Source: Octopus bimaculoides (taxonomy: Eukaryota). Taken from it: a stretch of DNA of 64,000 nt. Location: positions 71,514,785 to 71,578,784 of the forward strand of contig NC_068986.1 of NCBI RefSeq assembly GCF_001194135.2, in the 5' to 3' direction. This document shows, one piece after another, positions 1 through 11,673 of the stretch. Every line of letters begins with the position of its first letter. The first letter of the stretch is position 1. Position numbers and translations under genes: made by a program. Below the pieces are notes generated by a model that was not told the DNA's origin, searched no databases, and worked only from the letters and a program-made list of their open reading frames with translations.

Positions 1-90
1 GTGTTATTGGACGCTCGGGAAAGGAAAGAGAGAGTTTATGACGTTTCGGGCGTAGCCCTTCGTCGGAAAGATGGAAAGTTCGGAGAATGG
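1..90 (-). mobile_element. Probable Penelope-like element terminal fragment (runs off the window edge)
   Basis: Minus strand carries a hammerhead-like core typical of PLE pseudo-LTRs, set in pyrimidine-rich sequence. Confidence 0.5.
40..66 (-). ncRNA. Degenerate minimal hammerhead ribozyme-like motif
   Basis: Minus strand reads CCGACGA-A-GGGC-TAC-GCCC-GAAAC-GTC: core with U4>C, 4-bp stem II, palindromic ACGT stem III. Confidence 0.5.
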
Positions 91-291
91 AAAAACGATA
101 TATATATATATATATACAGATAGATTAAATAGAGAGATACTATTGACAATCCAATGATTTATTTATATTATAATATTACATGATATACTATGAATATAAT
201 ATAACATAATATTAAGTATCATAAACAATTATTTAAAAAAAAACATAAAAAACCAACAAATTACTTCGACTTATATACATTTTCTGATATA

Positions 292-1445
292 TTGGGTTGG
301 CAACTAAGTTACCGCCGTTCTTTAAATTTTTGAATTTATTGCGTTTTTAAATTTTGGAATCTATTTTTTTCGAGAATTCTATTTTTGAATCATTTTTTAA
401 TCTATTTTGTTTTTTTTTTCTAGTTAAATTTAGTAAACTTTTGTTTATTTTCAGATCATTAAAATGGAATGTCAAGTTAAGAAAAACAAGCATTTTCGAC
501 ACATTCTTCTTTTTGCTTTTAGTCAAGGTTCTAAGGGCGCAAAGGCTGCTCGCGACAGTTGTGCTGTGTATGGAGAATGTGCCATAGCTGAAAGAACCGC
601 TTGTGATTAATATGCCAAGTTCAAAAGTGGAAATTTTGACCTCAAAGACGCACCTCGTTCTGGCCGTCCAGTTGAGTTCGATTAAACCAACTTTTGCATG
701 AAAATTCTCATCAAACGACAAGGTAACTGGCAGAGAAAATGGAATGCTCCCACACTGCTATAGAGAAGCATCTTCACTCGATGGGAAAGGCTCAGATATA
801 TGGAGCATGAATTCCGAATGTTTTAAGTGACAACAACAAAAATCAACGAGCCACAATCTCCGCTTGTTTGCTTGCTTGTCACTGCTCATCTCATGGACAC
901 AAGCAACGATTTCTTTACCGAATCGTTACTGGCGATGAAAAATGGTGCCTGTACATCAATATGAAGCAGCATAAGGAATGGCTTAGCCCCGGTAAACAAA
1001 CGACACCGCGCGTGAAACAAGATCTTCATCCGCGTAAAACGATGTTGTGCGTATGGTGGGACTGGGAAGGGATTATCCATTACGAATTGCTTGAACGGAA
1101 CCAGACGGTCAACGCGGAACTCTATGTTCAATAGATGGAACGACTCAACACGGCTACTGAAGACAAAAGACCTAATCGGCAGCATGGAATATTGCTGCAC
1201 GACAACGCCCGCCTTCATATCACCAATATGACCAAGGAAGCCATTCAAACGTATGGCTGGGAAGTGCTGCCACAGCCGCCGTACTCCCCTGATTTCGCAC
1301 CAACGGATTTCCACTTCTTTCGATCTCTTTCAAATGGTATGCGCGGGTGATTTCTACCAACTAGGTATTGAAAATCTTGTCGAACATTGGGAAGAAGCTG
1401 TAAACAACAAGGGTGAATACATTATTGATTAATTAGTTGCTATTT
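292..1445 (+). mobile_element. Mariner (DD34D) transposon, decayed, right TIR largely lost
   Basis: TA then TIR TTGGGTTGGCAACTAAG at 292; transposase motifs IVTGDEKW, LLHDNARLH, YSPDFAPTDFHFFRSL. Confidence 0.92.
464..1432 (+). pseudogene. Mariner transposase pseudogene
   Basis: Starts MECQVKKNKHFRHILLF at 464 and ends GEYIID* at 1432; interrupted by stops and frameshifts (WVPHEL degraded to *IPNVL). Confidence 0.9.
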
Positions 1446-1709
1446 GTTTTCTTAAACCTTTTAGTATATACAAAATAACAGTTCCCTTATATATATATGT
1501 CACTTCAGGGTCATGGTTTAAAGATAGACGAAATTCCGTTTAACACACCCCTTTGAAGGATATCTTTTCCTCAGTTTGTTACTATATATTANNNNNNNNN
1601 NNNNNNNNNNNNNNNNNNNNNNNNNNNNNNNNNNNNNNNNNNNNNNNNNNNNNNNNNNNNNNNNNNNNNNNNNNNNNNNNNNNNNNNNNNNNNNNNNNNN
1701 NNNNNNNNN

Positions 1710-1748
<39 letters not shown>

Positions 1749-3091
1749 CGCCAAAATTCCCTTTGGTGTAAGTATGGGAGTACGTGACTGGGCGGAAGTA
1801 ACAGACCATCTCGAAGTATGTATTTTCGATAAAATAAAGGATGGATTACCATGTTAGAGTGAGGGATGCATCAAGAGTATGAATTTATTATCATATCCAC
1901 TTCTACTTAGTTGTTGAGTTCCTTTTAGATGCAATCACCTACTGATTGTATTAGTTCTTTTCACGTCAGAAAGTCCCTAAGATGACCTTTGAGGCCCACC
2001 AATGAACGGCACTGCATATTGAGCAATTCCGGTCAGTTCTCTTTACATGAGCGATATCTTGTAAGCAAGTCTAGCTACTCTAAAAAGGTTACTCGCTCAG
2101 GTCTATACTCCCATGCACAAATGTGATGATGCTAAATTCAAGGCCACCTAGGCGCAAGATATCAATTGCATGCGTTCAGTTTGTAAAATTTTATTCACAT
2201 CAACACATTCTTATCGCCAAAGAACTAAAAAATATTGACGCCTTATAGAGAAAACACATAGGAAAGGCGCATTAGAAGAACGTACCAATTTGTGAGTTTG
2301 TTTATAATGAACATAATTTACACTTCACGCAATGTTCTGTGACAAATCATATTGGAAATCGCGTTAGAAGGAACGGAAGTAGCCAAAGCGGAATGATGTT
2401 TCGTAAGACACATGAACAACTGTGGAGGTGATGTTATGCAAATTGTGTTCTGCACGTGCGTGAGTGTGAAATTTTAGTCTATGTTGTGAACCTAGTACAT
2501 ATATATTTTTTATTTACATGTTATTTTCAATGTTATTATCAATGTGTACACATGCGTACGCGCACACAGACATACACCCCGATATAACTATAATATTTGG
2601 AATTGTTCAACAAATGAATGAAAGACAACAAAGAATTTATAGAGGGTGGGATTCTACACATTCAGTGGAGTAAGATATATTGGCAATATGGTTTGATACG
2701 GTTAATATTGGCTTAATAGCTTATTCAACAATACGCTTCTCTTAAAAGTACACATAAGGCCGTTTACGCTGAAGGTGTGTGTACATATGACTGAAATAGT
2801 GGTTATTTGTCAAAGAGTTGGGTTGATGAATTTGTGACTGGGATTCAAGGAGAAGGAAGTAGATTGAAGATGAAGGGCACTAGAAAGAAGGATACGAGAG
2901 AAAGAGAAGAGAAAAGAAAAAAAGAGATACAAGGGGTTATAAATTAGAATGAGAGAATGGGTCCGGAGAACAACAGCCACATGTTTCAGGAAAGAAGTTC
3001 AGAGTATCTACAAAATTAGAATGATTTAATGCAGGCTCGGTTGTCAGGGGCCTGCATCTCTACATCACCACAAATATACACATACACAAAC

Positions 3092-3118
3092 ATATATATA
3101 TATATGTATGTATATATG

Positions 3119-3156
<38 letters not shown>

Positions 3157-3213
3157 CATACATACATACATACATACATACATACATACATACATACATA
3201 CATACATACATAC
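3092..3213. repeat. Compound (TATG)/(TA)n/(TACA)n microsatellite
   Basis: Directly visible. Confidence 0.9.
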
Positions 3214-4261
3214 AGACAAACAGGCAGACACAGATATGCACACAAACACGGACGGACATATACTTGCATATACCCACAGGCATAAATCGTACAAATATAG
3301 ATGTGCCTAGATTCTCACTCTACTGCGTGCACCCCACGAATTATTATATGCTTGGCAAACGCCTGCATGAATCAATAAATAATTTGTCTGCTGATTCCTA
3401 TAAACAAGAGCTCGTGCTCTTGTGAGATTCATGGATCGGGCCATGGTGTAGCTTCGACTGAGGAGACACGTACCGATTCTTAGACTCACCAGTGTAATCA
3501 GACTTCGGGACCCAATGGTGTTTTGACCTGGGTGCGTGTCTCTCAGAGGCACGTTGGATATGCTATACGAATAGAGATTTTCTCCAGAGCTGCCTCTATG
3601 GCATAATTCGAAGTTTAATATGTTTATGCGTCGTCATTGCAAACTAGGGTATAGTTTATACATAATCTCAATAGGCTTTAAACTACCTACCCAATTTGAT
3701 CTCGTTTCGAAAGAGATGAAATTGTGTCTTCGATCTTGTTTTGGAGGTGATATGAGTACGCGATATTGTTGAACCACAACAGCCGCGAAATACGTATCAG
3801 TTACTTTCACTTCCAGGGCGATATTGTATCGCTTAGCTCCGAAGTATGTTGTGGTTTTAAACATAATACGTCTATAAAGGGATGGTTAAACAAGGAATTG
3901 GTTGGCTTTGACAAATCTTTGAAAGATTTGCCAAAATGAGAATTACATCGATTTCTGACACTGACACATGGTTACAAATTTTAGAGGTCGATATAATCAG
4001 GTGTACTGATCTTAACAACTGCAGGAATGTGTAAGACAACATGGCTTGGCTGTGACGTGAAATCAGAAGTTAAACATTTGTTGCTCCATTTATTTTTAGT
4101 TAGGCTATATACCTTAGCAGGAACATCCACTGATTCACAGTCTATCGAAGTCACGTGAATAAATAAATACATATTCGCATCTCATACATCCTAACTATAT
4201 ATGCTTATATATATATATATATATATACACATACATATATACATGCACATATACACTAAAG

Positions 4262-5745
4262 AATATTACAACCGGATAAAGAACAATTGGACCTCAGAAC
4301 TCTCTGCGTTTAATAAAATAATGGCCCACAAAGTGCTTGCAGTGCCAGTACTCATACTAACATTGGACGCTTGATGAAATCCGACCCATTGATGTGAAAA
4401 CTCGAAAACTACTAACAAGCACACATAATTTCCACATAAACAGTGACGTAGACCGCGTCTACCTAAAACGAAACAAGGCGGCAGAGGCTTAACATCGACC
4501 CAAAATGCCTTTGAATATCGCATCATATTCCTACGGCAACATGTAACTACCAAGTATCAAAGTGCATTCCTTGACCAACTTTGCATACACGAAGCGGATA
4601 ACAGCATAAGACTTGGAAGGCAGCTCCTAGAGCAACTCTATTTGTCTGATAACCTAGAATACATACCCAAAGAAGTCGCACGACTCTACCGCAACATATC
4701 AGACAAAAGTATGATCCTATATGAGCAGAAGACTATGCATGGATATGTCAGTAGAAAGCTCTGTGATGATAGTAACATCGATCATCAAAGCAGTTTATCA
4801 TGGACTAATAGAGTTGCTCACGGAGCTGCCTCCCACTTTGAAGGATATTCGTTTGCAATCCAGGAACAGAAAATATCAACCAAGTACCTGATACACAAAA
4901 GGGATAGAGATGCAGGAAAGCCGTAAAATGTGACAACCGATGCAGACTTTGCGGAGTTCATAATGAATATATCACGCACGTAAGCAATTGTCCGAAAATG
5001 TCATCACGGTTTTATCTACCGATGAGACGTGACGTTGTAACTAGAACACTCTATAATGAAATCCGTCAGAAGGATGATCCCGAGGACAAAAAAATAAGAA
5101 CCCACAATATGGTAGAAGCCATAGCCACCCATAATAGAAAGGAATACTGGTGGAATGTACCAGTGAAGACCTCAATAAAATGTAAGCACAACAGAACTGA
5201 TATAATGATTGGGGATAGAGAAGAGAAACTGTGCACAGTTGTGGAAATTAGCTGCCCAGCGGCTATTTACATAAAGCTGAAGTGAAGATCAGTGAAAAAG
5301 AGAACGCCTATGCTGAACTATTGAGAAATCTGAAGTTACTCTATCCAGATTACAAGTTCAGGTTTATACATGTAATTATTGGGGCCCTGGGATATGTAAC
5401 ACACTACCTAAATATCAATCTTGAGAAATTAGGCTTCTCAAAACCAGAATGGGGAAATCTAATTCGAGGACTACATATCCAATTCATCACTGGAACTGTA
5501 AAAAATCTGTAAAACTTTGCAGAAGTCTATCATTTAAATATATATGAGCATGTCTAGATAAGCAATTATATGCATGAGAATACATACATGAAACATACAA
5601 ATCTGCACATACATACATACATACATACAAACAAAAATACCCTGTTGTTGATGTTGAAATTCAAATGAACGAGCCCTGGATCTGGGCTAGAAACGGTTTT
5701 TTTTTTCTATTGGCAAGAAATCTTGAAATAAATTACAGAATGACA
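4262..5745 (+). mobile_element. R4/Dong-like non-LTR retrotransposon, 3' fragment with 3' UTR
   Basis: Frameshifted RVYLKR..GGRGL motif, CCHC-type finger (CRLCG...H...C), REL endonuclease region (EYWWN..HNRTDIM..VEISCP..KENAYAEL..IIGALG); flanked by TA/TACA repeats. Confidence 0.85.
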
Positions 5746-5949
5746 CATACATACATGCATATATATATATATATATATATAGTATGTGTAAGTTAATGCA
5801 TGTTTATTTTCTGAATGTACAATATACTATTTGTGTTCACATATGTTTTTGAATGTGTGTGCACATGTGAAGATTGTTTTATACCCATGTATATCTACAT
5901 AAATGTGCGTATGTATATATACATGTGCCCGAGTGTGTATGTTTGGACG

Positions 5950-6088
5950 TAAAGTCCCCTGACAACCAATCTTTTCTTAAATCACATTAATTATCTTGAA
6001 ATCTCTCTGAATATTCAACCACATCTCTGTTTAATGACAACAAAAGTCTGTTCTCTAAATCCGTGTATACATTCATACACATACAGTT

Positions 6089-6124
<36 letters not shown>

Positions 6125-6320
6125 TCACACACACACACACTTTCATACATACACACATTCGTATGTACATATTCATGTCTGCATATATTTGTGTGAACGT
6201 AGATACACATTAACCAGGCTGTATCCATGCACACTGTAAGTCCCCTGACAACCAGCTTTATTTATATTACATTTATTATCCTGCAACTTCTGAACGTTTA
6301 ACAATCTGGCACTTTTCTTA
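5950..6320. repeat. Diverged direct duplication (about 65-85 bp; copies at 5950 and 6237)
   Basis: Both copies begin AAGTCCCCTGACAACCA and align through ATTATC.TG.AA...CTGAA. Confidence 0.6.
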
Positions 6321-6567
6321 CAACAATGTGCTCCCATGCCATTTTTAATTGTAATCTATTACAATCTTGCTGTGTTCTTACAGCTCATTTTTCTTCCTCA
6401 TTCTCAGTTTTTTTAATTCTCATCTCCTTTTATATGATGTATTTGATCTTTAATCTACCCCCCTGACAGAATTCCCACTGCAAAGTGATCTACCTAGGTT
6501 GTTGACCGATAGCCACTAATTTATTCGTGTACGAATATGCTTTATGCGAAAAAAGATTCTAAGGTAC

Positions 6568-6700
6568 TGGAATGGCTGTGTAATTAAGAAGCGCCTTTTA
6601 CAATCTCATGGTTCACCATTCAGTCTCATTGCGCAGCACCTTCGGCCGTTGTCTTCTACAATAGCTTCGGGCCGACCGATGCCTTGCATTAGAATTTAAT
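6568..6700 (+). mobile_element. SINE family B, degenerate 5' part
   Basis: Similar to better copies at 9630 and 22165 (GGCTGTG..ATGGTTC..CAGTC.CA.TGCG..GCACC..GTCTTCTAC.ATAGC.TCGGGCCGACC). Confidence 0.65.
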
Positions 6701-6832
6701 ATATGGAAACTGTATGGAAGCACCTCGTATATATTTATATGTGTGCATGTGCGTGCGCGTGCGCTTAAGTCTGTACTATGTATGTGTGTAGGCGTTTGTG
6801 CATGAGTGTGTGTGTGTGTCCATTCACAAGAT

Positions 6833-7097
6833 TTAAAGTTTCGCAGGCTCCTGACAGGAGCCGTCTCTTTCAGGGTTTTGATAGCTGAATGGAGAGATAC
6901 AGGAAATACAACATGATTACCGGAAGATAGGCTACTATTGGTGAAGGCAGGCCACATGGTGTTTTCAAAGAATATTGCCAAAGAATATCAGATCCTTATC
7001 GGCAACAGTTGCATTAGAAAGGAAAATTTCTTTGACTGCGTGGCTGGACAGGAAGCTGGTGGCATCCTGGTGTTTGGATATGGTAGCAATAAGGCCG
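6833..7097 (+). mobile_element. Unidentified coding-like repeat, copy 1
   Basis: Homologous to the reverse complement of 8439-8583; shared frame AEWR...DRLLLVKAGHM..SKNI. Confidence 0.5.
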
Positions 7098-7108
7098 GTG
7101 AGTGTGTG

Positions 7109-7144
<36 letters not shown>

Positions 7145-7840
7145 CGTGATGTATACATATATATATATATATATATATATGAGATGTATGAATGCCTGGG
7201 TGTGGGTATTTATTGGTCATATGGGTGTATGTGTATGTATGCTTGTGTTTGTGTTTGTGCGTTTTGGTTGTTAGTATGTTATTGGTTGGATGGGTGTGCG
7301 TGAGTGTGCATGTAAGTGTTTGTGGATGCGAGTGTGTGTGTGTGCGTGTGCATGTGTGCGCGCGCGTGTAAGCGTGCATGTGCGTATGTATGTACGTCGG
7401 GAAGAGGATATATGGTGCGTGTCCGTTTGTGTGCGCCTGTATGTGTGCGTGTGTGCGTATATATGCTTCGGTTATTAATGTATTCGGTTGTAATGTACGC
7501 TAGTGTAGTTACATTAACGTATGCGCACGTATGAGTGTGTGTGTGTGTGTGGGGGGGGTACGTGTGTACGTATACGTGTGCTTTTGTACACGCATGTCCA
7601 TGTGTGTGTGGGGGTGATGTATGTTTGTCTGTACGTATTTGTGTGAGTATGCGCACGTGCGTTCATATGTGTGTGTGTGTGTGTGCGCGCGTGTGTGGTG
7701 AGTGCAAGATCTGCGTGTGTGTGTGTGTATAGGCATGCATATAGGCGTGCATATGTGCGCGCCTATGTGCATGCGAGTATGAATGGGCGTCTGTGGGAGT
7801 ACGTGAGCGAGCATGTGTAGGGTTGTGAGTGCACATAAAT
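7098..7840. repeat. Long imperfect (GT)n/(TA)n purine-pyrimidine tract
   Basis: About 740 bp of degenerate GT/GC/AT alternation. Confidence 0.9.
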
Positions 7841-7849
7841 GCTTGTGTG

Positions 7850-8215
7850 TGTTTATATGTGTTTATTTAGGGGTTTGCCGGGAATGCATAAGGCTGTTGG
7901 GTTAACTTTGCGGAGGTCAGACTGTTGGTGGTTGGTAGCCCTGTCCCTCACGGTTGGTAACCCTGTCCTTGTTTGTGGAACAGCCAGGGTAGGGGAGCGG
8001 CCGATGTTGAAGTATTATGTCTGGATTGTCGGCAACAAGTGGTTTGAAGTGGATTGTCGGCAGCAAGGAGGGCATACCTCTGGTGTCAGCAATAGGACAG
8101 TTCATATTTCGTGTTGATAGATACTAGGTTCATGGAAGATGTGCTATCTTTCACGGAGGCAGAGCTGCCAATTGCGAGCGCCAGATGAATAGGTTGACCT
8201 CCACTTTGTCAATAT
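7850..8215 (-). mobile_element. Penelope-like element, GIY-YIG C-terminus and 3' region
   Basis: Minus translation across a frameshift: YSSGARNWQLCLRER*HIF...INTKYELSYC*HQRYALL, resembling the PLE C-terminal C..C..E...LN.R.E...C.H pattern. Confidence 0.55.
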
Positions 8216-8227
8216 TCGCTGACAAAA

Positions 8228-8440
8228 GGCGGCAAGCTAGCAGAAACGTTAGCACATCGGGCAAAATGCTTAACGGTACTTCGTCTGTCTTTATGTTCTG
8301 GGTTCAAATTCCACCGAGGTCGACTTTGCCTTTCATCCTTTCGGGGTCGATTGATTAAGTGCCAGTTCCGTATTTGGGTCGATCTAATCGACTGGCGCCT
8401 CCCCCAAAATTTTGGGCCTTCTGCCTAAAGTAGAAAAGAA
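8228..8440 (+). mobile_element. SINE family A (tRNA-derived, octopus-type)
   Basis: GGCGGC.AGCT.GCAGAAACGTTAGCAC...GGTTCAAATTCC.CCGAGGTCGACTTTGCCTTTCATCCTTTCGGGGTCGAT; matches other copies in the window. Confidence 0.9.
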
Positions 8441-8583
8441 TATTCTTTGACAACGCCATGTGTCCTGCCTTGACCAGTAGTAGCCTATCATCCGATAGCC
8501 ATCTTGGACTTCTTTTGCCTCTCCATTCGGCACTCCAAAGACTGAAAGAGTCGGACTTCTGATAGGGGTCTGTAAAACTTTAA
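8439..8583 (-). mobile_element. Unidentified coding-like repeat, copy 2
   Basis: 145-nt inverted homolog of 6833-6976. Confidence 0.5.
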
Positions 8584-9629
8584 GTAACCGAATAAAACTG
8601 TTTTAAATAANNNNNNNNNNNNNNNNNNNNNNNNNNNNNNNNNNNNNNNNNNNNNNNNNNNNNNNNNNNNNNNNNNNNNNNNNNNNNNNNNNNNNNNNNN
8701 NNNNNNNNNNNNNNNNNNNNNNNNNNNNNNNNNNNNNNNNNNNNNNNNNNNNNNNNNNNNNNNNNNNNNNNNNNNNNNNNNNNNNNNNNNNNNNNNNNNN
8801 NNNNNNNNNNNNNNNNNNNNNNNNNNNNNATATATATATATATATATACATACATACATACACACATATATGCATACATAAACACACACATATACATAAA
8901 ACAATTGCTATCTGCATTTTATCACAGTAGCTTGCATCTTAACATTCTATTGTTATTTAATAGTATATTCCACCATTTTGATATTTTTCTCAATCACAAT
9001 TGCATATTCCTCGAATAACAATGAATATTATTATTCTTATTCCCATGTAATTTTAGAACCATCATATCTATCACAATATTTAATTTACTAGATTGGATAC
9101 ATACAATTCTGATGTTATCTGCTCCTCTGCTATTCATATATTGCACACATTTATAGGTTCTACATTGAATTGTCTTGTGAACCTCATTCAAAATATATGC
9201 ACAGGGAATATATTGATTATTTGAAAGACAGTTACATCTCCCTAAGTCTTATATGATCTTTATACGTTGCGATTTCACCCTTCTTATAGTATATATAGCT
9301 TATAGAAAAATCAGTGTATGTACGGCTTGCTTTGATTATCAAATTATTTTGCAATTGTTTGTGTCGTTCATTTGAAATCTGGGAGAAAGTACGAGTGTCT
9401 ACATTTACACAAAATTCATTTATTCTGCCATGTTGAATTACAGATGCATTTCTTAGTTTCAAGCTATATGTGTTTCAAGGATACAATTGTCTAAGATGAG
9501 TAACTGATGTTTTAAGATTTGCTAACGTCAGTATGTTATCTGTCTGTCTGTTCTGTTCTGTTCTGTCTATCTGTCTGTCGTGCGTGAATGCGTGTGTTTT
9601 TTTTTCTATTTCTATTTATATTTATTTAT

Positions 9630-10010
9630 CAACCACATGGTTCCAGGTTCAGTCCCACTGCGTGGCACCTTGGGCAAGTGTCTTCTACTATAGCCTCGGG
9701 CCGACCAAAGCTTTGTGAGTGGATTTGGTAGACGGAAACTGAAAGAAGCCCGTCGTATATATGTATATATATATATATATGTATATATATGTTTGTGTGT
9801 CTGTGTTTGTCCCCCACCATCGCTTGACAACCGATGCTGGTGTGTTTACGTCCCCGTAACTTAGCAGTTCGGCAAAAAGAGACCGATAGAATAAGTACTA
9901 GGCTTACAAAGAATAAGTTCTGGGGTCGATTTTCTCAACTAAAGGCGGTGCTCCAGCATGGCCGCAGTCAAATGACTGAAACAAGTAAAAAAGTAAAAAG
10001 AGTAAAGAGT
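9630..10010 (+). mobile_element. SINE family B, near full length
   Basis: CCACATGGTTCCAGGTTCAGTCCCACTGCG head, internal TA/TG microsatellite, tail ...GACTGAAACAAGTAAAA(AGAGT)n. Confidence 0.93.
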
Positions 10011-10334
10011 AAGTGTGGTTAAATGTCAGATTAAAACAAAATGTAAGTCTTGAGTGTAACAGAAAGAAGGAGGCAAGAGAAAGAGAAAATAAAAGAGAAA
10101 CAGGAAGAATGAAAGGGGTTATAGATTAGTATTAAAAACATAGGTCGTTGAGAACAAAACGTCAAGAAAGTTAGAGGGAGTTAAAAGTTCAGAGCATTCA
10201 GAAAATTCATGTAATTTAGGGCAAGGTCGATTGTCAAGGGAGTATATCGCCACAACTCTTTTCTTGGCGGAACTTGTACCGTTTACCTTTCTTTTATCTG
10301 TTATCTTTTATCTGTTATCTTTTATCTTTTATCC

Positions 10335-10755
10335 TTTACTTGTGTCAGTTATTAGACTGCAGCTATGCTGGGGCACCACCCTGAAGCATTTTTGGCCAAA
10401 TGTATCGACACCAATAAAAGCCTGATACACATTCTATCGTGTCTTTGGCCGAACTGCTATTTTACGAGGACGTAAACACACCAGCAATGGTTGTTAATGG
10501 GTGGGCAAACACGCACACACACACACACACACACAATCCAGAGGCTTTGGTANNNNNNNNNNACACACACACACACACGCATACATATATACGACGGTCT
10601 TCTTTCAGTTTCCGTCTACTAAATCTACTCACAATATTTTGATCATCCTGAGGTTATAGTAGAAAACGCTTGCACAAAGTACCAAGCAGTGGGACTGAAT
10701 CCCGAACCGTGTGTTTAGGAATTAAACTTCTCACCACACAGCCATTCCCGCACCA
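10335..10755 (-). mobile_element. SINE family B, diverged
   Basis: Reverse-complement match to 9630-10010; small N gap in the internal microsatellite. Confidence 0.85.
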
Positions 10756-11370
10756 TTAGTTAATTCTTCCAGTGCATCTGGCAGTTCTACTAACAATTCT
10801 TATGCGACATTGTTGCATTTTAATCCATAAAACTGAATTTTATCCGTGTAGTTTATTGCCAGTTTGGTTACTCCGTGCATTCTAAAATAGATATTATTTC
10901 TGAAAAAAAACAAAACAAAAAAAAACACCATTGTATCATTGTCATGGAATACTACAAAACTATATCTCGAATGACATGGCAGAAACAATGTCGATAATTC
11001 TGCTCGGACTTCTAAAGAAATATCATATAACTCTATTGGAATGAAATGAATTTATATGAAAATAATTAGTATTGGGGTTTTAAAGTTTCTTCCATGTTAG
11101 TTGTTGTTCTTCATGTTAGTTGTTGTTGCACTGTGCCTGGTCATTTCTGAACACAGAGCCCCTCGTCTGATATATTCCAGATCTTTTTTGTTTATAGATA
11201 CTGCACTACATTATGAAACATATTCATTCTTTTCCGGTACAGCAGGTTTAATTTGAGAGATTTATCAAATGCTTGTAGAAGGCCGATCGATGATGTAGAT
11301 AATCCCTTATTCGTTTTAGATTGCAGTAATTGAAGTTAAACTGAATGTATGGATATATGTGTATGCTCAT

Positions 11371-11545
11371 GGACAGGCGAGGCTGTGTGATAAGAATTTG
11401 TTTCCCAACCACATGGTTCCGGGTTCGTTCCCACTGCTTAGCACTTTGGGTAAGTCTGTTCTACTATAGCCCCAGGCAGACCAAAGCCTTGTAAGTGGAT
11501 TTGGTAGACGAAAACTGAAAGAAGTCCGTCGTATACGTGTATATA
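11371..11545 (+). mobile_element. SINE family B, 5' half
   Basis: Head through GAAAGAAGTCCGTCGTATA. Confidence 0.85.
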
Positions 11546-11636
11546 CTGTATGTTCGCCATGCTTGATCGCTAAATCCACAAATTTTTTTAATTTTCTCTC
11601 CGGCTATTTTCTCTTATTCCTTTCTGTTGAAGGAAT

Positions 11637-11637
11637 A

Positions 11638-11672
<35 letters not shown>

Positions 11673-11673
11673 A
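11637..11673. repeat. (TGA)n microsatellite
   Basis: Directly visible. Confidence 0.9.

Noticed and set aside
347-1314. ORFs 347-721(-), 354-587(+) and 886-1314(-)
   Set aside because: Off-frame or antisense shadows of the mariner transposase.
5665-5700. Hammerhead-like AATGAACGA-GCCC..GGGC-TA-GAAAC in the R4-like 3' UTR
   Set aside because: The catalytic core deviates at essential positions (no CTGANGA); too weak to call.
10800-10930. Strong-looking minus-strand acceptor (T-rich tract plus CAG at 10900)
   Set aside because: The tract may simply be an A-rich repeat tail; no convincing donor and no recognisable peptide.
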